From IMG/VR virus record IMGVR_UViG_3300031718_000177: a stretch of DNA of 64,000 nt; one strand, written 5' to 3'. A model generated the notes under the pieces. That model was not told the DNA's origin. It saw only the letters and a program-made list of their open reading frames with translations, and searched no databases. The stretch comes from a virus (lineage: Duplodnaviria; Heunggongvirae; Uroviricota; Caudoviricetes). Positions 27,488 to 36,917 of the stretch are shown piece by piece (positions within the stretch are counted from its first letter, which is position 1; every line of letters begins with the position of its first letter). The translations under genes and the position numbers were made by a program.

Positions 27488-28147
27488 CTAGTCCTCAAAA
27501 AGATGCACAGACGAATCGTGAATCCGAATACCACGCTTAGATAACTTATAGAGAAACCATTGATAATCAGGATGGTCTAGATTGATAGAAATATCCCTCT
27601 TACAACTCCGACAATGATAATTGCGGTCGTAATTTATCATGCGACGAATCTTGATATGAGTAAGTTTAATGTATTTGCCACAATCGCAATAATAGATATA
27701 TTTCGGTAATTTCTCTCGTCGCTTACGTTCTACCGGAATACTATGGCATCTTTTAGCGTTTGGATAGCCCATCATAAGCATATTGTACCGCCATAAATCT
27801 CCGTGATGCCTATACGATCTTGTAGTTTCGTCTGTAACTATATGAGCGACTTCATGGAAGGTAGTTTCTCGTCTTTGTTCCTGTGTCGCTCGTTCCCAAA
27901 GAGGAATACTCAAAGTGATGATACCATGCTTTAATTCGTAGTTATAATTGGCTAAGCCAGCCGTAGACGTAAGACGATTACTCCACAGTACAGTTAGTTT
28001 CCCAAGAAGGTCGGGCTTGCCCACCATGTCACAGGCGGTTCTAAGCCACGATACTACGTCCTTAAAGAATGGGGTATCATACATAGCCAAGACCACCTGG
28101 GTCGCCATGATAAACTTCAAGAATAGTATATTCGTCAGATGCCTCAT
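27488..28147 (-). CDS. SprT-like zinc metallopeptidase with C-terminal zinc ribbon
   Basis: TTFHEVAHIV HExxH core plus YYCDCGKY…YHCRSCKR zinc ribbon; start may be an internal Met (around 28084..28108). Confidence 0.6.
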   Translation of the reverse strand: MRHLTNILFLKFIMATQVVLAMYDTPFFKDVVSWLRTACDMVGKPDLLGKLTVLWSNRLTSTAGLANYNYELKHGIITLSIPLWERATQEQRRETTFHEVAHIVTDETTRSYRHHGDLWRYNMLMMGYPNAKRCHSIPVERKRREKLPKYIYYCDCGKYIKLTHIKIRRMINYDRNYHCRSCKRDISINLDHPDYQWFLYKLSKRGIRIHDSSVHLFED

Positions 28148-28307
28148 GGAAACGTGGATTTTTAATCCACCTGTCTAGGAAATCATCTGCTGCCTTACGG
28201 TCTATGCTTCTAAATAATTCACGAAATAACTTTTGATCATTTAACTTACTGATACGTTCAATTCTAAAAACTATGAATCTTTTTTGTATCTTTCCCATGT
28301 GAATTAT

Positions 28308-28667
28308 CTACTCCAACAACTCGGTGACAGTGTAATCAAGATAATATCTGTCTCCATTATCGCTAACATCATAAGCCCGTCTAAGTAAGAACTTACGTGT
28401 TTGACCATCCCGACGAGTTTCGCTAGGCAATGTAAACATTACCCACCCGTTTCCAAGATATTTAACATCGGCAGCATTAGGAGGCAATGTTCTTTTCGCT
28501 TCCAATTCCAGTTTCTCTTCTCCCTTGACGACGTTGTAACTGTTGTTAAATGGTGTATCTGGCAGAGAATTGGTTTTATCGGTATAACGCAATAATAAGC
28601 TCAGGCCAAAAGGAAGCACGATGACTCCAACTAAGATTGTAATCCATAACCACATGCGATTTGACAT
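28308..28667 (-). CDS. membrane-anchored protein
   Basis: 119 aa, N-terminal TM. Confidence 0.45.
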   Translation of the reverse strand: MSNRMWLWITILVGVIVLPFGLSLLLRYTDKTNSLPDTPFNNSYNVVKGEEKLELEAKRTLPPNAADVKYLGNGWVMFTLPSETRRDGQTRKFLLRRAYDVSDNGDRYYLDYTVTELLE

Positions 28668-28668
28668 T

Positions 28669-29226
28669 TTACACGTCCTTAGCCGACTTTGGCAACCACA
28701 CGCAAGGGATTTTGGTCATGCCCAGTGCTACATAATGATGTAAGCGGTTCCAGCCGTCGCTAAATAATCCCCACTCTCTGATAGTGTGAGTGGAGTTTAA
28801 GATAACTGGCCACGGATTCTCTGACCCATAAGTTGATTTCGAGTTCCTACGATATACAATATCAATCTTTTGATAATGACGCATCAAAGCGGCGAAAGTG
28901 GGGCAATCTTCCTTGAAACTCTCATTCTCATAATAATCAAAAAGAGTATGTAATAGAACTAGAGTAGGAATAATGACTAAGCCAAATCTACGGTTCCCGT
29001 ATGTTTTAGAATAAAAGGATAAAGAGGAAACCGCCGGTTCTTCTTGGATACTGTAGGTTTCCCACGACCCAAGTTCTGTCATATATCGAGCAACAGCATA
29101 TTGGGCGGCTGGTATTAAGCTAGAAATTGGATAAATATTCCCCTTGTATTTGTCTATGAGGGGCTTTAATATTTCAAGATTACATCGGGGATAATCACGT
29201 TCCGTTAGCGAAATCCGTCTTCTCAC
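28669..29226 (-). CDS. hypothetical protein
   Basis: 185-aa ORF. Confidence 0.5.
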   Translation of the reverse strand: MRRRISLTERDYPRCNLEILKPLIDKYKGNIYPISSLIPAAQYAVARYMTELGSWETYSIQEEPAVSSLSFYSKTYGNRRFGLVIIPTLVLLHTLFDYYENESFKEDCPTFAALMRHYQKIDIVYRRNSKSTYGSENPWPVILNSTHTIREWGLFSDGWNRLHHYVALGMTKIPCVWLPKSAKDV

Positions 29227-29241
29227 AGGAATTATCCTATT

Positions 29242-29610
29242 TCATTCCTCTTCGTCGAAGATTTTGATATCAGGGTCGGTTTTAAGATATTCTCTACATG
29301 CTACCACGAGTTCTGGATTTGATTCCATTATCTCGATGCTTTTTTCCGTTACTCCAAACTTATTGTAAATCGTCCCGACATAAGCCACACAAGACAACCT
29401 GAAGTCTTCTATATTTTCCCATTTGATATATTTTTCTATTGTTTTCATAAATGGAGACGGACTATCAACTTTTATCTTTAGACGCTCGCCCGTCCAATCA
29501 GTAACTTCATTTAGATATTTCCGCACTAAGAGACGTATTGTTTCCTTAAAATACGATGTTTGTGTTATATCAATACCCAAGTCGGCTAAGTCCATTTCAC
29601 TCATTCTCAT
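29242..29610 (-). CDS. hypothetical protein
   Basis: 122-aa ORF. Confidence 0.45.
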   Translation of the reverse strand: MRMSEMDLADLGIDITQTSYFKETIRLLVRKYLNEVTDWTGERLKIKVDSPSPFMKTIEKYIKWENIEDFRLSCVAYVGTIYNKFGVTEKSIEIMESNPELVVACREYLKTDPDIKIFDEEE

Positions 29611-29613
29611 CTT

Positions 29614-30303
29614 TCAATCCTTTGGCGTCTCTCTTTCTGCTTGTTCCCAAAACTCTTTATCTCTACCGAAGGGCTTACCATTGGCTTCCCAAATGTAATA
29701 CGCTTTTTCTCTTATCTTCGGTATTAAGGGATTAACAAGGCGATCCCAGTTTAGTTTATACTGCATATGCCATTGCCAACTGTATTTAGTGGTAAAAAGT
29801 GCATGTCCTGTTTTGAGTGGCGGATCGTTGTTGAGTTCAGTACAGCCGCCAAGGAACTTGTGCAGAGCCGGAACGGAAGCTGAAAAGTATATCGAAGCTC
29901 CGCACGCTGTATCAAAATCACCAACAGGATGATACAATCCAGCTTTCAATAAAGCAGTATATACTGACCTACGTAATAGTGAAGAACGCCACCAAGCGGG
30001 TACATCTATCGCTATCATGTATGTCTGTTTACCACTCGTTCCTAAAAGGTGAGCTACATTGAACACACTCCTATTTCTAAGTCCAAGTCGCTCTTCTGCT
30101 TCCCTAACGAGTCTTACAGAACTATCTGGATTAGCCGAAGCGTATCCTAAAAATATTCTTTTTTCTGCGCCATCCCATATGCTAAGGAAGCCCTCGCGAC
30201 AAAGGCTATAGGCACCGTGATAATCAACAACTCGCTTATATAGTCCCCCATGTTGAGCCAAATTACTGTCTATAAATGGAACCTCTATATCAATAGCATT
30301 CAT
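29614..30303 (-). CDS. member of the W-x2-S-x-LRR...TALLK paralog family
   Basis: IDVPAWWRSSLLRRSVYTALLKAGLYH; the upstream LVREAEERLGLRNRSVF block aligns with 49032..49607 and 32792..33358. Confidence 0.55.
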   Translation of the reverse strand: MNAIDIEVPFIDSNLAQHGGLYKRVVDYHGAYSLCREGFLSIWDGAEKRIFLGYASANPDSSVRLVREAEERLGLRNRSVFNVAHLLGTSGKQTYMIAIDVPAWWRSSLLRRSVYTALLKAGLYHPVGDFDTACGASIYFSASVPALHKFLGGCTELNNDPPLKTGHALFTTKYSWQWHMQYKLNWDRLVNPLIPKIREKAYYIWEANGKPFGRDKEFWEQAERETPKD

Positions 30304-30313
30304 ACCTTACCCT

Positions 30314-30610
30314 TTATAAGATTTCTTTCTGAAACGCGTTACATAGTATGGCGAAAACTGTGTATCCAAGCGATATTGCGAATGTGTATTGCCAAGGCCA
30401 CGCAAACATCAACCATATTGCTAAGCCAACAGTAGCCATACCCATCAATGTTTGTAAGAACAAGTAGCACAATCCAAATAGTATCACGCCACCTTCACCA
30501 CACCACATCAGAACTAACGGGATGCCGCATGCAAGCCAATTCCAGCCGTATCCAATAGTGTAGAATACATCAAGTAAGCCGGTATCGTCCCACCTTTCCT
30601 TATACTGCAT
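30314..30610 (-). CDS. small membrane protein
   Basis: 98 aa, multi-TM, Trp-rich. Confidence 0.45.
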   Translation of the reverse strand: MQYKERWDDTGLLDVFYTIGYGWNWLACGIPLVLMWCGEGGVILFGLCYLFLQTLMGMATVGLAIWLMFAWPWQYTFAISLGYTVFAILCNAFQKEIL

Positions 30611-30666
30611 GGTTTTCTATTCTACCGTCTTATTTCGGGTTAGCAAGTTTCACGCCGCTAATGAGT

Positions 30667-30969
30667 TTACATCCACTTCGGAAGTTTATCCCATACCCAT
30701 AACGCTCTAACTAAAACAATAAAGGAGAGTACTATCGCTGCGATTAACCTCGCATGCAGCGTACAAAATGGATTCATACATATAAGCATAGGAATTGAAA
30801 TTATAATCATTGCCACAATGAATCGCCACGGGTCTTGCAACTTGGCATACGCCCTAAAGAATGAGTTAAACATTGAAACCAACCTCCTGAAAAAGTAACT
30901 AACTTTTCTTTTTCGGATCATCCAACGGTTTCTTGTTCGGTGGACACTTTTTCCTTTGCCCAGAATCAA
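30667..30969 (-). CDS. small membrane protein
   Basis: 100 aa, 2 TM. Confidence 0.45.
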   Translation of the reverse strand: MILGKGKSVHRTRNRWMIRKRKVSYFFRRLVSMFNSFFRAYAKLQDPWRFIVAMIIISIPMLICMNPFCTLHARLIAAIVLSFIVLVRALWVWDKLPKWM

Positions 30970-31051
30970 TCACTTCTGTTATCGCTTTATATCGACCTTT
31001 ATTGCTTTTATCCCTTAAAGATTTCCTAATACTACTACGGTCTAACATCGT

Positions 31052-31465
31052 TTAACCTATCACCACTTTAGAAAGAAGATGGAAAGCACCGCCTACCACC
31101 TTTAGTGGTGTCTTGAGTCCCAAAGTATATACGACATATAGCGGGGTAAATAGGAGAGCAACACCATTTGCAATCGTCTCAAACTTATCTCCCTTCATCG
31201 TTTTTCTAATGTTTTCAAGAGATTCTTTATCAGTCATATACCGCACTACCCCATCAGGAGAAACATTCTTACCTGTGAGAACAGAGTTCATCCGAACGAG
31301 GAATTGCCGCCCGAACACTATAATTGACATCACGTAGGCAACCGCCCAAGCCGTATGACTATGAACCAATTGACTAACCGTGATATCTTGGTGTAAAGCA
31401 TTCTGAACAAACTGTTGCAAATGTTGGATATCCATTGCTTTCTTCCTTTGACAAAAAGAGAACAA
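31052..31465 (-). CDS. membrane protein
   Basis: 137 aa. Confidence 0.45.
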   Translation of the reverse strand: MFSFCQRKKAMDIQHLQQFVQNALHQDITVSQLVHSHTAWAVAYVMSIIVFGRQFLVRMNSVLTGKNVSPDGVVRYMTDKESLENIRKTMKGDKFETIANGVALLFTPLYVVYTLGLKTPLKVVGGAFHLLSKVVIG

Positions 31466-31477
31466 ACTCCTGACCGT

Positions 31478-32518
31478 TTACTCGGCAACTTTCTTTTCTG
31501 GTTTCGCCAGATGATGACGTGGAACATTATTTCCATCCAACTTTACACTGGCATCGTTTAATATCAAGGGCAAACCATTACCGCTACCGCCGATAACAAT
31601 GATTTTCGCATTCGGAGAGTCGGCTAACAGTGTAGTGGCTTCAATGCCCTTCCACAATAGCAACTTGTCGCTAATGCCTTCCATAACAATCTTCTGGAAC
31701 TTCTGAATGCCGTTGGCTTCAATAACCTTACGGTCAGCTTCAAGAGATTCTTTCTTCAAGCGGAAAGTCATCGCTTGAGCCTCTTGATCGGCACTAACTT
31801 TCTTTTCGATCGCTATCTTTACAGTATCGGGAACATCTACTTTACCAATTAGGACTTCTGGCACAGAGATAACTTCAGTCGGAGCATCCTTATATCGCTC
31901 GACAATCTTTCTAACTTCCGCGTCTATATTCTTCTTGATGGTTTCTGCTAATTCTCCACGTTTGCCGCCAGTGGTAACATCACTCGAATAACATTCATGG
32001 TCGGTATATTTCGCAACAGCATCGGTTACAGCACTGCGAGCGGCCGGACGCACTAGTTTATCAATATACTCGCTGCCGAAGTTCTCATAAACCCACGGAG
32101 CAGAAGATTCTACGAGCCGATAGGGAATGCTAATTTCAAGATGCATTTGCATACCGTTGCTACTCATAGCAATAACGGAATCATTCCCTGGCTTTGCTCC
32201 CTCATTATCGTTCGGACTCATACGATAGTTGTCGGTTCTCACGGACATTTCATCCACAAAACAAAGCGGGTTGATTAAGTGCAATCCAGCGTGCAATGGC
32301 TCGTGATAGACATGCCCAAACAGCACTTGAACAGCCGTGTTACCGGCTTTAACAGTTACAATGCCTGATAAGAGACACAATAAGAATCCGAAACCAGCAG
32401 CACCTACCGCATACTTCCTGAGTGGAACAGCCCCTTTTGCACCTTGCGGAGCAAGGAAACGAATCGCAGCATATGCGAAAGCCGCACAACAAAGAACGAA
32501 AAAGCCGAGCCAAAACAT
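31478..32518 (-). CDS. SPFH/band-7 (prohibitin/HflKC-like) membrane protein
   Basis: N-terminal TM, then an SPFH core with a coiled-coil tail (AQAMTFRLKKESLEADRKVIEANGIQKF…; …NAKIIVIGGSG). Confidence 0.65.
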   Translation of the reverse strand: MFWLGFFVLCCAAFAYAAIRFLAPQGAKGAVPLRKYAVGAAGFGFLLCLLSGIVTVKAGNTAVQVLFGHVYHEPLHAGLHLINPLCFVDEMSVRTDNYRMSPNDNEGAKPGNDSVIAMSSNGMQMHLEISIPYRLVESSAPWVYENFGSEYIDKLVRPAARSAVTDAVAKYTDHECYSSDVTTGGKRGELAETIKKNIDAEVRKIVERYKDAPTEVISVPEVLIGKVDVPDTVKIAIEKKVSADQEAQAMTFRLKKESLEADRKVIEANGIQKFQKIVMEGISDKLLLWKGIEATTLLADSPNAKIIVIGGSGNGLPLILNDASVKLDGNNVPRHHLAKPEKKVAE

Positions 32519-32536
32519 TGCTTACCCTTTCGGAAA

Positions 32537-32725
32537 CTACTTGCCTTTCAACGGGAAAAACAAAGCACGGATGACGCCAGCAATACCGCCCCACAAGCAA
32601 GCACCTTGCCAGCCATTACCACTAATACCTACGCCCATCGCGTACCCTATGCTTGCCGCACTGATTACGAAGATTGCCGACGCAAAAAGGTATCTCGCCA
32701 TTGTTCTCACCTTTTGAGCGACCAA
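32537..32725 (-). CDS. small Gly-rich membrane protein upstream of the SPFH gene
   Basis: 62 aa, GxxxG-rich TM. Confidence 0.4.
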   Translation of the reverse strand: MVAQKVRTMARYLFASAIFVISAASIGYAMGVGISGNGWQGACLWGGIAGVIRALFFPLKGK

Positions 32726-32791
32726 ACCACTTCAAGAGCGTCTGAGTGTTGCGATAGTACAGCCCAAAACTAAGTGTTCCCTCATAAATCT

Positions 32792-33358
32792 TTAACCAAC
32801 CTTTGCACCGTTCGGCTTCCTTAGCTGTTTCCAAGTGTCTTGATAATGAAATGTATCGACCCAACCGTACCAAACATTCGAGCAAATCGTATAACCTTGT
32901 AGGAATCTATTAAATGCCTTGTTTGTATTCCCCCCGCCGATATAAGGCAAACCAATTATCTTCTTGTTCTTATAATACCTGCCGCCTTTAATAATAGCAG
33001 ACAAAAGGCTCATTCGTAACGGCGATCTTCGCCAAAACGGAGATACTTTTATTATCATAATGTTGTTATAGCCATAATAATAGTGCGTGTAAGTCGATTT
33101 CTCTTTAAGTTTGAGTCTCCTCTCGCAATAGATTAGTAATCTCTTTATATTGCAAGACATCGCATAAGAGCAAGACCATCCTATTCTAGCTTTGGAAGCA
33201 TAGGAAGCAGCAAACCCCTCTCGGCAGCCACCCATACTAGTAAAACGTCTTCCATCATAATTCCAAAATGAGTCGCCATAAACACCAGCACAAGCTATAT
33301 TCTTTATTCGCAGTGACTTTCGTTTAATCTTCCGCTTTGTTGGCTTTCGCTTTTTCAC
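32792..33358 (-). CDS. member of the W-x2-S-x-LRR...TALLK paralog family
   Basis: VSPFWRRSPLRMSLLSAIIKGGRYY; LLIYCERRLKLKEKSTY block; very basic N-terminus. Confidence 0.55.
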   Translation of the reverse strand: MKKRKPTKRKIKRKSLRIKNIACAGVYGDSFWNYDGRRFTSMGGCREGFAASYASKARIGWSCSYAMSCNIKRLLIYCERRLKLKEKSTYTHYYYGYNNIMIIKVSPFWRRSPLRMSLLSAIIKGGRYYKNKKIIGLPYIGGGNTNKAFNRFLQGYTICSNVWYGWVDTFHYQDTWKQLRKPNGAKVG

Positions 33359-33426
33359 GGCAATTCACAAATCTCTACCAAGAAACAAAAGCAAAAGAGC
33401 AAATAACGGAGCGGCCTGCATCCAAG

Positions 33427-34197
33427 TCATTTACTTACAACCTCACCATACGAACGAACCTTATGTGCCATCCATAAATCAACCCTAGTAAGTAATGCTT
33501 CTGCTCTTTCTAAGGAAAACTTATTCGCTTCATCCCGCACACCGGATTCAGAACCAATCCAGATATTCGCAGGTGGATCATTATCTTCTTTAACCATTTC
33601 AAGACGATCAACCATCATATCAAGATAATCTACAATATTTTCGGCTCTTAATCCGCCAGCATATCCTGTAAGTACGCCCTTGAAAGGTGGTAGCCACTCA
33701 GTTGGAACACCATGACCACCAGACGCATCATATAAGGGAAACACACAACCAAAGTCGTGAAACCATCCTAGAACATATTTAAGTTTTACATAATCGCCAG
33801 CAAAGATAAACGGTGTAAGACAATTCCTGAATTGAGCTAACCTTGTAAATAAATCACGATCAAGTAAAGATTTACCAAGTCGCTTTTTAGTCATATTAAG
33901 TTGATAACGATTGAATAGGAGCGAGTACGGCTCTTGTAGTATCGTACAACTTCTCATTGATTTCTCGTCTTTTACGATATCCGCTACATATTTGCCACAA
34001 AGGTGAGCACAAAGGTTTAAGTTTAGACCTTCAAGCGACCGAACCCATTTAAGAGTCGGAAAACGGTCTACGCCTTCTTTTTTCGGTGAAAGTAGGATAC
34101 CCCATTCAATAAACTTAAACCTCTCTGATAACGCAAGCATTTGCTTTGGGTCTACGGCATCATCTGCCCCATCAATACTGACGTATTTTATGAACAC
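33427..34197 (-). CDS. TIM-barrel protein resembling phosphoribosylanthranilate isomerase (TrpF-like)
   Basis: N-terminal GADDAVD…FIEWGILLSPK and C-terminal LYDASGGHGVPTEW…LTGYAGGLRAENIV blocks match the TrpF pattern (GAD…SPR; GGsG…W…AGGL..EN). Confidence 0.45.
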   Translation of the reverse strand: MFIKYVSIDGADDAVDPKQMLALSERFKFIEWGILLSPKKEGVDRFPTLKWVRSLEGLNLNLCAHLCGKYVADIVKDEKSMRSCTILQEPYSLLFNRYQLNMTKKRLGKSLLDRDLFTRLAQFRNCLTPFIFAGDYVKLKYVLGWFHDFGCVFPLYDASGGHGVPTEWLPPFKGVLTGYAGGLRAENIVDYLDMMVDRLEMVKEDNDPPANIWIGSESGVRDEANKFSLERAEALLTRVDLWMAHKVRSYGEVVSK

Positions 34198-34676
34198 TTC
34201 TTTTTTCTTTCTTTGCTATGTAATCGACGATGACAGTTGGCACATAATATATCACACTTACTAATTTCGGACATGATGACATCTTTCGAGTATTCGCCGG
34301 AAATTAAATACATTATACCATACTTCTTCTTGGACGGCTCTCTGTGGTGAAAATCAAGTACAACCGGATCGTATTCGTAGCAATTTTTACACCCTCTCGC
34401 AGCCTTATAGTTGGCTATCTCTTCCATAGTTCTTTGATAGCGAATTTTTTTATTCCTGGCCTTAACATCCTTAAAATCTGGATTGTTTTCACGATATTTT
34501 CGATTTCTTTTCAATATAGCCGTCGAGTTTTCCGCATAATATTTTTTAGACCGTTCGCTAATTTTACTTCTATTTTTGTAATAGTAATCAATTTGACTTT
34601 TACGAATTTTCTTCTTGTTTTTTCGATAATATTCGGCTTTTTGCCGGCGATTCTTATTTGTATATTTTCTGCTCAT
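34188..34676 (-). CDS. HNH endonuclease (free-standing)
   Basis: VLDFHHREPSKK…CDILCANCHRRLH HNH core; Lys/Arg-rich N-terminus. Confidence 0.7.
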   Translation of the reverse strand: MSRKYTNKNRRQKAEYYRKNKKKIRKSQIDYYYKNRSKISERSKKYYAENSTAILKRNRKYRENNPDFKDVKARNKKIRYQRTMEEIANYKAARGCKNCYEYDPVVLDFHHREPSKKKYGIMYLISGEYSKDVIMSEISKCDILCANCHRRLHSKERKKKCS

Positions 34677-34741
34677 GTATTAAATGAGTAAAGAAAGCAA
34701 AATTTCCCACAACAAAGGGGTTATCCGCATTAAATAAATAT

Positions 34742-35188
34742 TTAAGCTGCATTTTTAATCTCTGAATGAAACATGAGTTTACCAACTAAAGCGACCGGGT
34801 AATATACCGTGCTGATACCAAGGCGAAAGACGGATATTACTGGGCTGAACAAAGCTGTAATTCCCAACATAAATACGGACCCATGAAACATAAGTTTGTG
34901 TTTGATCGCACATCCAATCATCTGCTTTACATTATTCTCGGTAAGCGGTACATCATGGAGCACATCCTCACTCCACTCCTTCATATAACAAGCTCCGACT
35001 GCTCTGCGTAAATCGGTATTATCGGCCCACAACTTCGTCAAAACCTTAACAGTAGATGATTTGCCCATAGTTATTAATAAAACACCGTAAAGTGCGATGT
35101 ATGTCCAATACGAATGTAGTGCCGTGTCTACACTAATCTGTGAATGTGCTAGGCGGTCGAGGTTGATTAAAAAGTCGTTGATGTTCAC
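34742..35188 (-). CDS. membrane protein
   Basis: 148 aa. Confidence 0.45.
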   Translation of the reverse strand: MNINDFLINLDRLAHSQISVDTALHSYWTYIALYGVLLITMGKSSTVKVLTKLWADNTDLRRAVGACYMKEWSEDVLHDVPLTENNVKQMIGCAIKHKLMFHGSVFMLGITALFSPVISVFRLGISTVYYPVALVGKLMFHSEIKNAA

Positions 35189-35511
35189 TGTTTTTCCTTT
35201 TGTAAAGCACTCTCAGTAAATGTATCTTCATGGACAACGCCAAGATTGTCGGCATACTGGACGGTATATTCATACTCGTCGGCATAATGATGAATGTTCC
35301 CAACCACGCCCTTCTTGTTGTTTACTTTAATAATCACGGTATCTCCCCTTGAAAACTTAGATGGCGGCAAGGAATCACCCTCACTACCACATCCAAGAGC
35401 AATGAATACAATACTACTTAACAACAGACGTGAGAAACTCATTATCGGCTTCCTCTTTTGGTTGAAGAGAGACGACACGTTTATCATACGCCACTTGGGA
35501 CGAAACTTCAA
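35185..35511 (-). CDS. probable lipoprotein with a small beta-barrel (GDTVIIKV) domain
   Basis: Signal/lipobox-like FIALGCGSEG; likely starts at the internal MSFSRLLL. Confidence 0.45.
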   Translation of the reverse strand: MKFRPKWRMINVSSLFNQKRKPIMSFSRLLLSSIVFIALGCGSEGDSLPPSKFSRGDTVIIKVNNKKGVVGNIHHYADEYEYTVQYADNLGVVHEDTFTESALQKEKQ

Positions 35512-36196
35512 CTTGAAATTGGAATTGTAGTTCGAGCCATTCGTGAATCCAGTAAAGTAGCAACTTTTTAGTCCTTGAAAATCGTGTTCGCCCGCTAAAA
35601 GGCCGCCAATCTCGCTTTTCTACAATCCAACATCCGGTCTTTCTTAGATTCCACATATTGATGGCGTTATTCTTTTTGGCTTCTTTAATGATGTCCTTAT
35701 CTTCTACCCAATATTGTCTTATATAATATTTGGCTATGCCGTGAGCCGTATCTATATGCACTATAATTCCGCTATCTTCTACCCTAAGTATATCATCCTT
35801 CTTAGTAAGGAAAATTATCTTTTCAGTACGAACCCATTTATCTCGTGTATGCCAAAGAAAATCACGAAACTTATGTTGCATGAAGTACCAATCATTTAGT
35901 TCGACTGTTGTGCGGATACCAGTTTCATCTAAATCTAGTTTGCCATCATCATCATAAGTTTTCGTTATGCTTCCGACTTTGTGAATACCAAAAAGAACCG
36001 CTCTTTCGCCATAAAAAGCTGGTGCTGCATTCTCTGCTGGCGGATTCTTAACAGTAAACGGATACAGTACGAATATCTTTCTACCCGGAGAAGCAAATCC
36101 TAAGAAGAATAAAGGTTTAGGAAGAGTACGTCGCCAAGAGCAAGAGTGTATGCTATAAACGCAGTAGTAGGGGTTGGGGTTGAGATTGAGGGGCAT
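35414..36196 (-). CDS. hypothetical protein
   Basis: 260-aa ORF. Confidence 0.5.
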   Translation of the reverse strand: MPLNLNPNPYYCVYSIHSCSWRRTLPKPLFFLGFASPGRKIFVLYPFTVKNPPAENAAPAFYGERAVLFGIHKVGSITKTYDDDGKLDLDETGIRTTVELNDWYFMQHKFRDFLWHTRDKWVRTEKIIFLTKKDDILRVEDSGIIVHIDTAHGIAKYYIRQYWVEDKDIIKEAKKNNAINMWNLRKTGCWIVEKRDWRPFSGRTRFSRTKKLLLYWIHEWLELQFQFQVEVSSQVAYDKRVVSLQPKEEADNEFLTSVVK

Positions 36197-36399
36197 TTGG
36201 CACGCGAGTTACAACTCCAACGGGGTTTTGTTTCTCCTAAAAGTGGCCCCCCGGTGAATCGGACACCGCTCAGCGGCTTATACTGGTGGTTTAACCAAAG
36301 AGACCGCTGCATCGCCACAATGCTTGGGGGCCAAAACTATCAAACAATAATACCATAAGACTTGATCCATCTCCTCACTGCGTTCGAATATTTCTGTTT

Positions 36400-36690
36400 T
36401 CACCCTTTCCCTTCTCCCAACATCCTCCCTACCTCTCCTGCTTCTTCTGCTAATGTTTTACTACCATCGGGGTTTCTTGGATAAGGTCTATACACTCCCT
36501 TACCCCTTGTTGTCCACGCTTGGCGTATGCTATATGTAGCTTTTGAGGTTGTATCTCTTTCACATAATCGCATAATACAGTCGCACGCATCGTCAGATGA
36601 ATCGCAATCTTCGACTACGACGTTCTTTTCAACATCAACGACCTGATATACCATTCGCATCGGTCTAACTCCGTTCGCATTCACACTCAT
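36400..36690 (-). CDS. hypothetical protein
   Basis: 96-aa ORF. Confidence 0.4.
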   Translation of the reverse strand: MSVNANGVRPMRMVYQVVDVEKNVVVEDCDSSDDACDCIMRLCERDTTSKATYSIRQAWTTRGKGVYRPYPRNPDGSKTLAEEAGEVGRMLGEGKG

Positions 36691-36917
36691 CGTTTATCCT
36701 TTCTTCTGCTAAGTAAGATTCCAAGGCAATCTCAACTTGCCTATCACTTTCTCCTGTGAAAATCAACTCCTGGCACGATAAACACTTTGTAAGCGGCAGG
36801 TCTTCAACCACAAGGTCAATTATTCTGCCTTGTGCTTTCACCTTTATAGGATAACTGGCGATAGTTGTTTCTTCTAACTTCTTACTCGAACAAGACGGGC
36901 AACGACTTACGAAATGT

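Noticed and set aside
36375-36395. GTTCGAAT T-loop-like string suggesting a tRNA
   Set aside because: No acceptor, D or anticodon stems can be drawn around it on either strand. No other tRNA-like cloverleaf found in the window.
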